Shown here piece after piece: positions 30,991 through 39,366 of a DNA stretch of 64,000 bases. The notes below the pieces were generated by a model. The model was not told where the DNA came from, made no database searches, and saw only the letters and a list, made by a program, of their open reading frames with translations. Location of the stretch: the IMG/VR virus record IMGVR_UViG_3300022856_000003; one strand, 5' to 3'. The first letter of the stretch is position 1. Each line of letters begins with the position of its first letter. The translations under genes were made by a program, and so were the position numbers. The stretch comes from a virus.

Positions 30991-31275
30991 ATGAAGGCAT
31001 TGATCCAGTCGATCGACGAAAGCAAGTCGGTACCGCTCAAGGTCCTACGCGCACTCTCGTCGGGTGTGTTCGGTAACGCGAAGTCGTCGATCCTGTATTG
31101 GGCCGATGGTGGCGTCTACAAGATCACGTCTAGTGGCGAGGTCTCGTTCGATAAGAAGAAGATCGGGAAAGTGGACAGCCGTGACGATCTCCTGCTCGCT
31201 CTGTCTTCCGGTCGAGGAGGCTCGTACAAGGTCGGGTCGAAGACCGTGAAGTTCGGAGCTTCGTCGAAGAAATGA
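30991..31275 (+). CDS. putative internal head protein
   Basis: Leader MKALIQSIDE. Confidence 0.55.
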   Translation: MKALIQSIDESKSVPLKVLRALSSGVFGNAKSSILYWADGGVYKITSSGEVSFDKKKIGKVDSRDDLLLALSSGRGGSYKVGSKTVKFGASSKK

Positions 31276-31586
31276 GCCATCCCGACTTCGAAAAGACCCC
31301 ATTTGCCAGCAAGAAGTTCTCAGCGTTCTTCCTTGCGGAGATCTCCTGGAAGGTCCTTCTGGGTATCGCCATCGCTGGGTCTATCAAAATCCTGCTCGAC
31401 GGAGGGACCATCCCGATCTGGTTGCTCTGGGTGGAGCTGGCCATGGTCTTCGTCTCAGGGTTCGTCGAGGTCACCTTCATTGGCAAGCAGGCTGATCTGG
31501 ACAAGTTCGTCCGACTCGCCGCTCTAGGCTTCAAGGGTCCTACCGGCAAGACACCGACCCCACCGGAGACTCCTGACGATGTCTGA
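31272..31586 (+). CDS. small membrane protein (holin candidate)
   Basis: SKKF followed by two hydrophobic segments and a charged tail. Confidence 0.4.
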   Translation: MSHPDFEKTPFASKKFSAFFLAEISWKVLLGIAIAGSIKILLDGGTIPIWLLWVELAMVFVSGFVEVTFIGKQADLDKFVRLAALGFKGPTGKTPTPPETPDDV

Positions 31587-31827
31587 TGAACCAGCCGTGA
31601 AGATCTCAAGCAAGTACATGAGCGCAGGCATCGCAGCCATCGGCCTCATTGCGCTCGCCGCCGCTGGTTTGGTCACCATCACGACGCCAGGCGAACAGGA
31701 GTGCAAGGACAAGGTGTCTGACCTTCGCGTCGACATGGCGACGGCCACGGCTGAAGTCAAGTATCTGACCGAGGTGAAGGACACATGCAAGGCGGCTCTC
31801 GAGTCCATCACAAGAGGTTCCAAATGA
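31579..31827 (+). CDS. single-TM coiled-coil protein
   Basis: IAAIGLIALAAAGLV then C..C coiled coil. Confidence 0.5.
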   Translation: MSDEPAVKISSKYMSAGIAAIGLIALAAAGLVTITTPGEQECKDKVSDLRVDMATATAEVKYLTEVKDTCKAALESITRGSK

Positions 31828-32108
31828 AGAAGATCACTATCACCATCATCGCCTTGTGGATCGGCCTGTTCGTCGGAGTGTCGATCAACGGCGCAGACGC
31901 GCACGACCCCGCTGCGTGCCCGCCTGTGGTTCCGTGCGAGTGTCCCGAGCCTGTGCCGTGCCTTCTGGTCGGAATGGCCGACGATGATGACAGTGCGGAA
32001 GAGCTTCTGATGTTCGACATTGGCCCACCCTTGGTGGAGAAGACGGACGAGGTGAAGAAGGCTCTCGACGCCATCAAGGACTATGAGCGACAGCGCAAGA
32101 TGAGGTGA
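31824..32108 (+). CDS. exported Pro/Cys-rich small protein
   Basis: MKKITITIIALWIGLFVGV signal; CPPVVPCECPEPVPC. Confidence 0.5.
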   Translation: MKKITITIIALWIGLFVGVSINGADAHDPAACPPVVPCECPEPVPCLLVGMADDDDSAEELLMFDIGPPLVEKTDEVKKALDAIKDYERQRKMR

Positions 32109-32116
32109 CTCATAAC

Positions 32117-32181
32117 TTGCACTCTCAAGTCGTATCGCTTATGATGTTCATGAACCGAAACGATTACCTCGAAGGTCGAGG
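32117..32181 (+). promoter_or_regulatory. sigma70-like promoter plus AAGGT-loop hairpin
   Basis: TTGCAC-17-TATGAT; CCTCG-AAGGT-CGAGG at 32167-32181. Confidence 0.75.
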
Positions 32182-32192
32182 GAGAGAGCATC

Positions 32193-32531
32193 ATGACTCA
32201 CAGCTACCGACAGTACGACAGGACCTTTCAGTGCTCTGACCGCATGTGCGGAGCAGACGATTGCTCTGTCTGCCGCCCAGGCTGCAACGGCGAACAGGAG
32301 ACTGTACGCGACCTCTCCGATGCTGGTTTCGACTTCCACCCCGAAGACCAGTGGTGGAGCAAGGTAGTTGAGTTCCGCGTATGCACCGCTCGCCGCGATC
32401 ACACGAAGCGCGACATCAAGAAGGGTGACCGCTACTCGCGATGGACCACTCGATTCGTCGAGGATGAGACGGGCCATTCCAGTCACTCCAACGTCTACCG
32501 AATCCTCGCCCGCGCCCAGGTGGCAGCGTGA
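32193..32531 (+). CDS. hypothetical phage protein
   Basis: CSDRMCGADDCSVC; TARRDH..IKKGDRY. Confidence 0.65.
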   Translation: MTHSYRQYDRTFQCSDRMCGADDCSVCRPGCNGEQETVRDLSDAGFDFHPEDQWWSKVVEFRVCTARRDHTKRDIKKGDRYSRWTTRFVEDETGHSSHSNVYRILARAQVAA

Positions 32532-33052
32532 CCCATAAAGCCGTGCCTCAACGGGTCATGGGCGACCAGGGTCCGTTCAACGTCCAGGTGCTTGAGAACA
32601 CGACCAGTAGGTACGCCTTCTGGATGTGTTGGGTAGAACGCAAAGGGAGCGTTTGGTTCGCCTGCTGGCGCTTCGGGAAGATTGGCACCAGCGGAAGGTC
32701 AGGCGGGTCCAAACACCATGGGTCCTATGCTGCCCTGGCCGCTGCGGAGGCGAAGTACCAGAAGAAGAGGCTCAAGGGTGACTACGTCGCTGTGTGGAAC
32801 GGTGGTCCTCCTGTTCACCCCTCTCAGCCGTCGAAGCCGAAGAAGAGCAAGGTCGCGATGCCCCTACTGATGGGGAAGCAGGAAGCGGTCCCCCTAATCC
32901 ATGGCTACACGTCGAGTCAGTGGAAGAACGTCGAGTCGACCGGGAACTCGAAGATCATGGAGGGGAAGTTCACTGGCGCTGCATTCCCCGCCCCGCCCGT
33001 CCCGGATGTGACTCCAGATGACCTACTAGACCTCATACAGTTCATGGACTGA
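32528..33052 (+). CDS. WGR-domain protein with acidic C-terminal tag
   Basis: FW...WRFGKIGTSG...A..KYQKKRLKGDY; ends PAPPVPDVTPDDLLDLIQFMD. Confidence 0.7.
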   Translation: MTHKAVPQRVMGDQGPFNVQVLENTTSRYAFWMCWVERKGSVWFACWRFGKIGTSGRSGGSKHHGSYAALAAAEAKYQKKRLKGDYVAVWNGGPPVHPSQPSKPKKSKVAMPLLMGKQEAVPLIHGYTSSQWKNVESTGNSKIMEGKFTGAAFPAPPVPDVTPDDLLDLIQFMD

Positions 33053-33810
33053 TGTCGAACAAGCAGAACAACAGTCCACAGTACGTGGATGCGAACGACT
33101 ACAGCTACTCCTCCTCCTACGGGGATGGTCACGCCCGTATGAAGGAACAGGAAGTCCTCACGTCAGAGCAGGTCTTTATGTCCGCGTCAGCCGGATGGCC
33201 GAAGTCGTCGAAGTCGTCCACAGCGATGGATCTTGTCGAGTTCCAGGCGAAGCTGGAGTCTGTACGTCTGGCTCTGATGGAGTCGGATGAAGCGGCTTCG
33301 TCTGACAATCCGGATCCTCTCCTGATGACGCTTCGCGCTGCGCTTATGGCTCAGGCTGAGTTGATGACCCACATTGGTAACCAAGCCAGGGGTCTACAGA
33401 ACCGTATCTCGACCATGGTGAAGGCCAAGAAGGCAAAAGACACCCTTGAGTCTGACATCGCGAACAAGATCCTCATGGCTGACATCGCGAAGCTCAAAAG
33501 GGAGAACGGTCATCTTTCGGTTCAGATCAAGGGCGATTCGTTAGCGAAGGAGCGTGTCGCTAAAGAACAGAAAGCTCTGAGGCTCAACCTCTCTGTGCAG
33601 GTCAATGCTTTGAAAACCTGCGATTTGACGATCCAAAGGCTCGAGCTAGAGAACGACCTCTACGTCACCACGCTTGAGCGCATCGAGAAGTACGATCCTG
33701 ATTGGAGACGGAAGATCTTCCCAGATGAGAACTTGGCGACCAGCTCTGGGCATAGCTCCAGCGACGACGGGATCGACCTCATCCTCGAGATTGTGGGGTT
33801 GGACGGATGA
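33052..33810 (+). CDS. coiled-coil protein with acidic C-terminal tag
   Basis: Heptad-rich; ends DDGIDLILEIVGLDG. Confidence 0.7.
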   Translation: MSNKQNNSPQYVDANDYSYSSSYGDGHARMKEQEVLTSEQVFMSASAGWPKSSKSSTAMDLVEFQAKLESVRLALMESDEAASSDNPDPLLMTLRAALMAQAELMTHIGNQARGLQNRISTMVKAKKAKDTLESDIANKILMADIAKLKRENGHLSVQIKGDSLAKERVAKEQKALRLNLSVQVNALKTCDLTIQRLELENDLYVTTLERIEKYDPDWRRKIFPDENLATSSGHSSSDDGIDLILEIVGLDG

Positions 33811-34503
33811 GCCCCGAAGACGAGCTGAGAACCAAGTACGAGGGTGCCTTCCTTGAGTTCAATGACGGAGAAGTCAGGGTCTTCTGTAGATCACCCATCG
33901 ACATGGCCAGGACGCTTCTACAGCTTGCCGCTGATGAACCCGACGAGTCTGTGGTCGTCTACGGTGCCCATACCGCTGACATCGAGGCTGAGGACCCAGA
34001 AAAGGATGCTCTCCTGATGAAGGTCCTTGAAGACCCAACTGTCCAACTCGCCATGGCCATGCTGGGCGGGGAAGTCATCGACGTTTGGCAGTCCGATCCG
34101 TCGTGAAGTACTACGGCCAAGTGGTAAGCGAAGCACTTCTGGCCGACCCTCCACGGATACGTGGATACCTCGACGGTGACATGCTCCGACGGCTCATCAG
34201 GTACGAGGGTCGACGTGGCTCCAGGAAGTTCCTGTTCGACATCATCGGATGGGTGGATTTCAGAGATCTCATCAAGAGGAAGGACCTCGTCGCCCTTGCT
34301 CCAGCACTGGTGGAGCCGCCTCTCACGGTCAATGCCATCAAGGGACGACGGAACGTGCCATGCCCACACTGTGGGCTCGAACAGCTCGGAGTTCAGTTCT
34401 GGACACACTACAACCTCTTTCACGCGAGGCGTGTAAACTGGTTGAACCGAGAAGACTGGTCCAAGATGGGGCTAGGCGAATACCAGACCCCACCGGAGCA
34501 ACG

Positions 34504-34932
34504 ATGATCGACCACACCCTTGTCTTCGGCATAGTCGCCGTCATTGGCCTTCTCATTGTAGGAGGCGTGCTCTACGCCATCCCAGTCACTCGCCCTTATG
34601 CAAGGAAGTTCTGGTGGATTCTGGCCATCGCGATCCTGTTCGCCATCGGGCTCATCGTCCTGCGAAAGCGACCAGGCAACTGGACGACGCTCCAGAAGTA
34701 CAAGGACGACGCCGAAGGCGACCACATCCTCCGCGACTCGATGGGTGGATTCGATGAGTTGATCGACCATGCAAAAGAGAAGTCGGTCCTCGCTGATGCA
34801 GAACTCGCCGCGACCCGCATGAAGGCAGAGAAGGACCGCACGGTCTACGTCGCGAAGCTGGATGTCGTGAAGGAGATCGACGACTCCATCGTTCGGCGCA
34901 AGGCACTCATCCGGTTGGTGGAGGGCGCATGA
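34504..34932 (+). CDS. membrane protein, two TM plus coiled coil
   Basis: Two hydrophobic segments then a helical charged region. Confidence 0.6.
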   Translation: MIDHTLVFGIVAVIGLLIVGGVLYAIPVTRPYARKFWWILAIAILFAIGLIVLRKRPGNWTTLQKYKDDAEGDHILRDSMGGFDELIDHAKEKSVLADAELAATRMKAEKDRTVYVAKLDVVKEIDDSIVRRKALIRLVEGA

Positions 34933-35477
34933 CGACTCGGCGACACGCTTTGAAGCTGAGTGCCGCTTTCGCGGCAGCAGCCATGCTCGGACCGAAATCG
35001 ATTTCGTCTCAGGTGGTGACACCGGACGTTCACGACGAAAAGTGGATCCGCGACACGCTCACGGACATAGCCCGTTCGTTTAACGGCAGATCAGGTGAAC
35101 GAGCAGCAGGAATCCTAATAGGAGCCATGATGCGTCTTCGCCGCTTGTGGCCGTGGCACGACTGGACTTGTATCTACGATGAGGCTCGTGACGTGGCTCT
35201 CGTGGACACTCCAGACGGTGTGATCGAGGTCAAGACCTTCATCCAGACATTCGACCGGCACTTCTGCTTTCACGGTCTGGATGCTGCTGCTGAGTTGTGT
35301 TCCTGCATAGCGATGAAGTCCTGGTACCAGTGGCGCATGGAGCTTCTCGGCGAGACCCTCGAGCAATGTGCTGATGAGTGGGCAAAGCAGGAGCTTCGCG
35401 TCCATCCACACTGGGGTCAGGGTGAGCGCAACTGGGCCGCTATCCAGAGAGAACTCGACTTCAAGGGCTGGTCATGA
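34929..35477 (+). CDS. hypothetical protein with twin-arginine-like N-terminus
   Basis: MTTRRHALKLSAAFAAAAMLG. Confidence 0.55.
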   Translation: MTTRRHALKLSAAFAAAAMLGPKSISSQVVTPDVHDEKWIRDTLTDIARSFNGRSGERAAGILIGAMMRLRRLWPWHDWTCIYDEARDVALVDTPDGVIEVKTFIQTFDRHFCFHGLDAAAELCSCIAMKSWYQWRMELLGETLEQCADEWAKQELRVHPHWGQGERNWAAIQRELDFKGWS

Positions 35478-35908
35478 ACAAGCTCCTGTTCCTTCTGCTT
35501 CTCCTCCCCGGTACAGCATTCGCCCAGACAACCTTTGCTCCGGTCCCGGCTGACGTGGAGGTAGATGGAGTCTTCCTGTCGGGCATCCTGGTAGACGAAG
35601 GGACGTTCGCCGAGCTGGGTCGACTCCGCGTTGAGTCGAGGACGTTCAAGTTCGAGATCGAAGGGCTCGAGGCGAGGCAAGCAGCCCTGGCTGGCATCTG
35701 GGAGATGACCGAGACCGCTCTCCGTGCCCGTCACGAAGAAGACATGACCGCGATGCAGACCCACTACTCAGCCAGGCTCGAAGACGCCTACAAGCGGAAC
35801 TTCCGCGAGAAACATGGTGTCGAGATCGGCCTGGGTCTTGGTGTCGTAGGGACCATCCTCGGTGTTCTTGTGACCGGGTACGCCCTGGGTCAGATCGACT
35901 CGCTGTGA
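35474..35908 (+). CDS. exported coiled-coil protein with C-terminal TM
   Basis: Signal MNKLLFLLLLLPGTAFA; C-terminal IGLGLGVVGTILGVLVTGYAL. Confidence 0.6.
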   Translation: MNKLLFLLLLLPGTAFAQTTFAPVPADVEVDGVFLSGILVDEGTFAELGRLRVESRTFKFEIEGLEARQAALAGIWEMTETALRARHEEDMTAMQTHYSARLEDAYKRNFREKHGVEIGLGLGVVGTILGVLVTGYALGQIDSL

Positions 35909-35974
35909 AGCCGCTCTACCCCTCGGGCGAGATCACAACCTGCCCTGGTGAAAGCCGGGGTGACTGGAGTGATC

Positions 35975-36142
35975 ATGAACCACAAGAGAAAAAGACCAAA
36001 GAACCGACGTGGCGGATGCCTTCTGTGTAAGCCGCACAAAGCCAATGGTTGCAAGCACGGGAACCCGACTAGACAAGAAGCAAAAGCTCGCGCTAGCGAG
36101 GCTCAGCAGATTCGCGAAATCGATTTCGCATCCCTTGATTGA
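35975..36142 (+). CDS. small basic CxxC peptide
   Basis: MNHKRKRPKNRRGGCLLCKPHK; GGAG SD. Confidence 0.65.
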   Translation: MNHKRKRPKNRRGGCLLCKPHKANGCKHGNPTRQEAKARASEAQQIREIDFASLD

Positions 36143-36203
36143 GATAGCGACCGCTGATACACTCTCGATGTTCAAACACTCCCCAAACCGCGCAAGGTGC
36201 GCG
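36135..36203 (+). promoter_or_regulatory. sigma70-like promoter plus AAGGT-loop hairpin
   Basis: TTGATT-17-TACACT; TGTTCA at 36169; CGCGC-AAGGT-GCGCG at 36189-36203. Confidence 0.75.
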
Positions 36204-36213
36204 AGGAGAATCG

Positions 36214-36747
36214 ATGAAGACCCTTACGGATACCGAACGTCTCGCCCTTCACACCCTCGGCAAGGGAAACAAGGGACTCAAAGAGAGTCGCGACGGTGTC
36301 GTCCCAGGCCAGTACACGGTGGACTTCACGGTTCACGTCACTGGTGATTTGACCATTGCGCCGGATACGACGGTTGCCCCGACTGTGACCCTACCGGCGA
36401 AGGAGATGGTCGCCAGGCTCCTCAAGATGATGGGTCACACTCGTTCCAGCGGGATCAAGCTGTTGGGTGCCATGGCAGAAGAGATCGACGGTCTGACCGC
36501 TGGTGCGAAAAAGACGCTGATGGCAGAGTCGGGCTTCAACGAGGCGACCAACATCATCAAGGCCCAGACCGTCGCGGTCATGGGGAAGACTCCTCGTCGT
36601 GGTTCCGTCAAGGGAGCCTTGAGCTACGAAGTCACTGATGCAGCGCCGACGGTCATCGTCGAGCAGCTCGAGGCAGAAGTTCGCAATATCCCCGCTCAAG
36701 ACGATGTCTCGGGTGCGGTGGATGACATCCTCAACATGGACGATTAG
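36214..36747 (+). CDS. hypothetical phage protein with acidic C-terminal tag
   Basis: Ends DDVSGAVDDILNMDD. Confidence 0.7.
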   Translation: MKTLTDTERLALHTLGKGNKGLKESRDGVVPGQYTVDFTVHVTGDLTIAPDTTVAPTVTLPAKEMVARLLKMMGHTRSSGIKLLGAMAEEIDGLTAGAKKTLMAESGFNEATNIIKAQTVAVMGKTPRRGSVKGALSYEVTDAAPTVIVEQLEAEVRNIPAQDDVSGAVDDILNMDD

Positions 36748-36768
36748 TCCAGCCCTCACCGGAGTCTC

Positions 36769-37077
36769 ATGACCATTTCGTTTCGACCCTTCTCTCACAA
36801 CGTCCTAGTCCTTCGCTCGCAGGCCGAAGACAAGACCCATAGCGGTCTGTTCATCCCGGAGGACGCAGCCGAGGCACAGCGCCCGTTCCAGGGAGAGGTC
36901 ATCGCCGTCGGTGCCGACCTCGATGGCAAGGTCAATGTCGGAGAGATCGTCGCCTACGGGAAGTACTCCGGTACGCCTCTGCTCCTGGGAGATGCGGCCA
37001 AGCCTGTCGAGCACGTCGTTCTCACCTGGACGGATCTCTTGGGAGCCGTGGAAGGGATTGAACCCGATGCCTCGTAG
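36769..37077 (+). CDS. groES: co-chaperonin GroES
   Basis: FRPFSHNVLV...EDKTHSGLFIP...GEVIAVG...VNVGEIVAYGKYSGT...DLLG. Confidence 0.9.
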   Translation: MTISFRPFSHNVLVLRSQAEDKTHSGLFIPEDAAEAQRPFQGEVIAVGADLDGKVNVGEIVAYGKYSGTPLLLGDAAKPVEHVVLTWTDLLGAVEGIEPDAS

Positions 37078-37287
37078 CATCCCGATCAGTCGACCTCTCA
37101 TCGCGGCCATCGTCGCCGCCGTGATCATCGGAATCACGGGAGGTGGCATTGCTGGCTGGGTCGTAGGACAGAGCAGACCACTGATGCTGAGCTGGACGAT
37201 CTTCATCTACCTCGCCACGGGCTGGATGATGAAGGATTTGTGGGACTCGTGGAAGACGATGAAGGCTCTCAAAGCGGCTGAAAACGA

Positions 37288-37420
37288 CAGCACCATTGAG
37301 TCGATCTAGTACGTCAACGACGCTCTGTGCGACCCTCTCCTGGCTCAGGACCTAGTACCCTTCGACCTACGCCTTGAAGACCTAAAAGCTCTCCTGTGGC
37401 CTGTCACACTGCTCCACTGG
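37288..37420 (+). repeat. non-coding GCACCATTGAG element, copy B
   Basis: CACCATTGAG(37291)-N21-GCTCTGTGCG...ACCCTTCGACCTACGC; colinear with copy C. Confidence 0.8.
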
Positions 37421-37443
37421 TGTGTAGCGTGACAGGCCAAACC

Positions 37444-37575
37444 TTGCACCATTGAGTGTTTCAGACGGTGTATCCACAGGCTTCGCGGTCCCCTCAAGGC
37501 TCAGTCCAGCGGACCCTTGCGACCACGCTCTAGGCATAGTCCAAAGTCTTAAACGGGCGCACACGGCCTGCTATC
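37444..37575 (+). repeat. non-coding GCACCATTGAG element, copy D (tandem, 156 bp after B)
   Basis: CACCATTGAGTGTT(37447)...GGCTCAG...ACCCTT...ACGCTCTAG at the same offsets as B and C. Confidence 0.75.
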
Positions 37576-37601
37576 AAACGGTCGAATCGACACCCGACCT
37601 C

Positions 37602-37684
37602 TTGACAACTGCGAACCATCATTATATGATGAGTTCCAGGACGAAAAACCCCACCGTGCTCAACGGTACTCTCGGAGGTCGAGA
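37602..37684 (+). promoter_or_regulatory. sigma70-like promoter plus GAGGT-loop hairpin
   Basis: TTGACA-17-TATGAT; TCTCG-GAGGT-CGAGA at 37670-37684. Confidence 0.85.
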
Positions 37685-37686
37685 AT

Positions 37687-38097
37687 ATGAGCCGCATCCA
37701 AATGACCCGCGCAGCAGTAGAAACCCTCATTCGCGAGAGCGACAACGCAGCGATGCGTGCGGTCTGCGCGATCTACCGTCAGCAGACGCTCGACGAGAAG
37801 ATGGCCAAAGACACGAAGCACGACAACGATCGTGGCTTCTCCCAGGCTCATGCGAAGATCGGAACCGAACTCGCAACCTGGATGACCGAGGGGAACAAGG
37901 ACGGCGTGATGCGTCGTCGCACGGCAGGGAAGTTTCCCAGCCAGTGGACCCACGCTGGGACCAACCCTCGTACCGGAAAGAACATCTGGAAGAAGAACAC
38001 CAGCGCCTACGCTGGTCGCCCTCGGCTCGTCGTTTGCCGAGAGTTGGCTCTTCACTACGCCGGACAGATCACCCAAATCGCCAACGGCACCCTGTAA
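37687..38097 (+). CDS. hypothetical phage protein
   Basis: AIYRQQTLDEK...TKHDNDRGF...YAGQI. Confidence 0.7.
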   Translation: MSRIQMTRAAVETLIRESDNAAMRAVCAIYRQQTLDEKMAKDTKHDNDRGFSQAHAKIGTELATWMTEGNKDGVMRRRTAGKFPSQWTHAGTNPRTGKNIWKKNTSAYAGRPRLVVCRELALHYAGQITQIANGTL

Positions 38098-38612
38098 GGT
38101 GTTGAGGAGGCAGAGCGCATGACAGACAGCCACGACAAAGTCGACCTCGACATCGAAGACATGCTCCAACCGGAGATTGCGATCTCCATCGAGGAGAAGA
38201 TCGCGCAATGTCGAGGGATCCCTGCGGTTCGCAAGATCGTCCAGGCCCACATCAAGAAGACGGTCATCGGACCACTCCAGGCAGCGATGAAGATGAATGG
38301 CATCATCGTCGAGCAACCTGAGCAGCGTCGTCTCTTCGCCGAGACAGTGTTCGCGTCCGTCTCGTTCACGCTCACTACGGGAGCTGAGGCGACGATCAGG
38401 TTGCTGGCGATGCTCAGCACTCGAGGAGGCCACCCGGCCACTGCCGAGGGATGCGAGCACCAGTACTGCCCGCATCATCGCGGTCTACATCCGGTACTTC
38501 ACATGAAGGCCATCCAGGACAAGAAGCCCATTGGCGTAATGTCCGACATTCTGGCCGAGAACGGCATGGACCCCAGCATGATGCTCGCCTTCAATGGCCC
38601 CAAGGCGGAAGC

Positions 38613-38930
38613 ATGAGCAGCGTCTCAGCAGCGTCCCTTCTCGACGACGAACCCTCGGTGCAGGTGAAGCGGGTCGTCAAGATCGCTCCTTGCGGTGGCT
38701 GTGGGAACTTCCTCCTCCGCGACAAGATGTGGGCGATGAACACGAAGATCTACAGCCCGGATGACAAGGCGGAAACCGTCATCCGCGTTCGGGTCTGCGA
38801 GACTTGCGCCACTGGCGAGATTGATGATCTCCGAGAGATCGAGTGGGACAACGCATCCATGCGAGTCCTCAAGGACGACGAGTCCCTCGAAGAGATCAAC
38901 AAGGCTCTGGACAACGTGATCGAGGGATGA
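38613..38930 (+). CDS. Zn-ribbon protein with acidic tag
   Basis: CGGC..CETC; ends EEINKALDNVIEG. Confidence 0.6.
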   Translation: MSSVSAASLLDDEPSVQVKRVVKIAPCGGCGNFLLRDKMWAMNTKIYSPDDKAETVIRVRVCETCATGEIDDLREIEWDNASMRVLKDDESLEEINKALDNVIEG

Positions 38931-39259
38931 AATCGATTTCGCAGGAGGTCTGCGTGGACAAGGACGAGAGCTACTTGAAAGACTTCAATCCGCTCACTGC
39001 GGAAGGCCCACCATGCCCACGATGTGGAGCTGAGTGCGAGTTGAAGCCAAGGGCTCGTGGGATTCGAGCGTCGTTTGTCTGGAAGTGCCCAAAGAAACCC
39101 ACCGAACATGGTGTGATGCGGCTCTCTCAAGGCAAGGACATCCTTGAACGCCTCAGACATCAGCATGCCGACAGAGTCGCGGCTGAGAACGAAGTGATGA
39201 TTCAGGAGTTCGACCAGGACGACATGGGCGCTATCGGCGAGATTCTCGCTGAACTCTGA
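38927..39259 (+). CDS. Zn-ribbon protein with acidic tag
   Basis: CPRC..WKC..H; ends DDMGAIGEILAEL. Confidence 0.6.
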   Translation: MKSISQEVCVDKDESYLKDFNPLTAEGPPCPRCGAECELKPRARGIRASFVWKCPKKPTEHGVMRLSQGKDILERLRHQHADRVAAENEVMIQEFDQDDMGAIGEILAEL

Positions 39260-39278
39260 ATATTCGATCCCCGTTTAC

Positions 39279-39364
39279 TTGACCTGACGAACGCCAACCG
39301 ATACAATCCTAGTGCGTCGCGACATTGAGTCCGACGCCGCCCAAGGTGGGCATTCAAGGTGAAT
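39279..39364 (+). promoter_or_regulatory. sigma70-like promoter plus two tandem AAGGT-loop hairpins
   Basis: TTGACC-17-TACAAT; GCCC-AAGGT-GGGC at 39339-39351 and ATTC-AAGGT-GAAT at 39352-39364. Confidence 0.8.
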
Positions 39365-39366
39365 AC

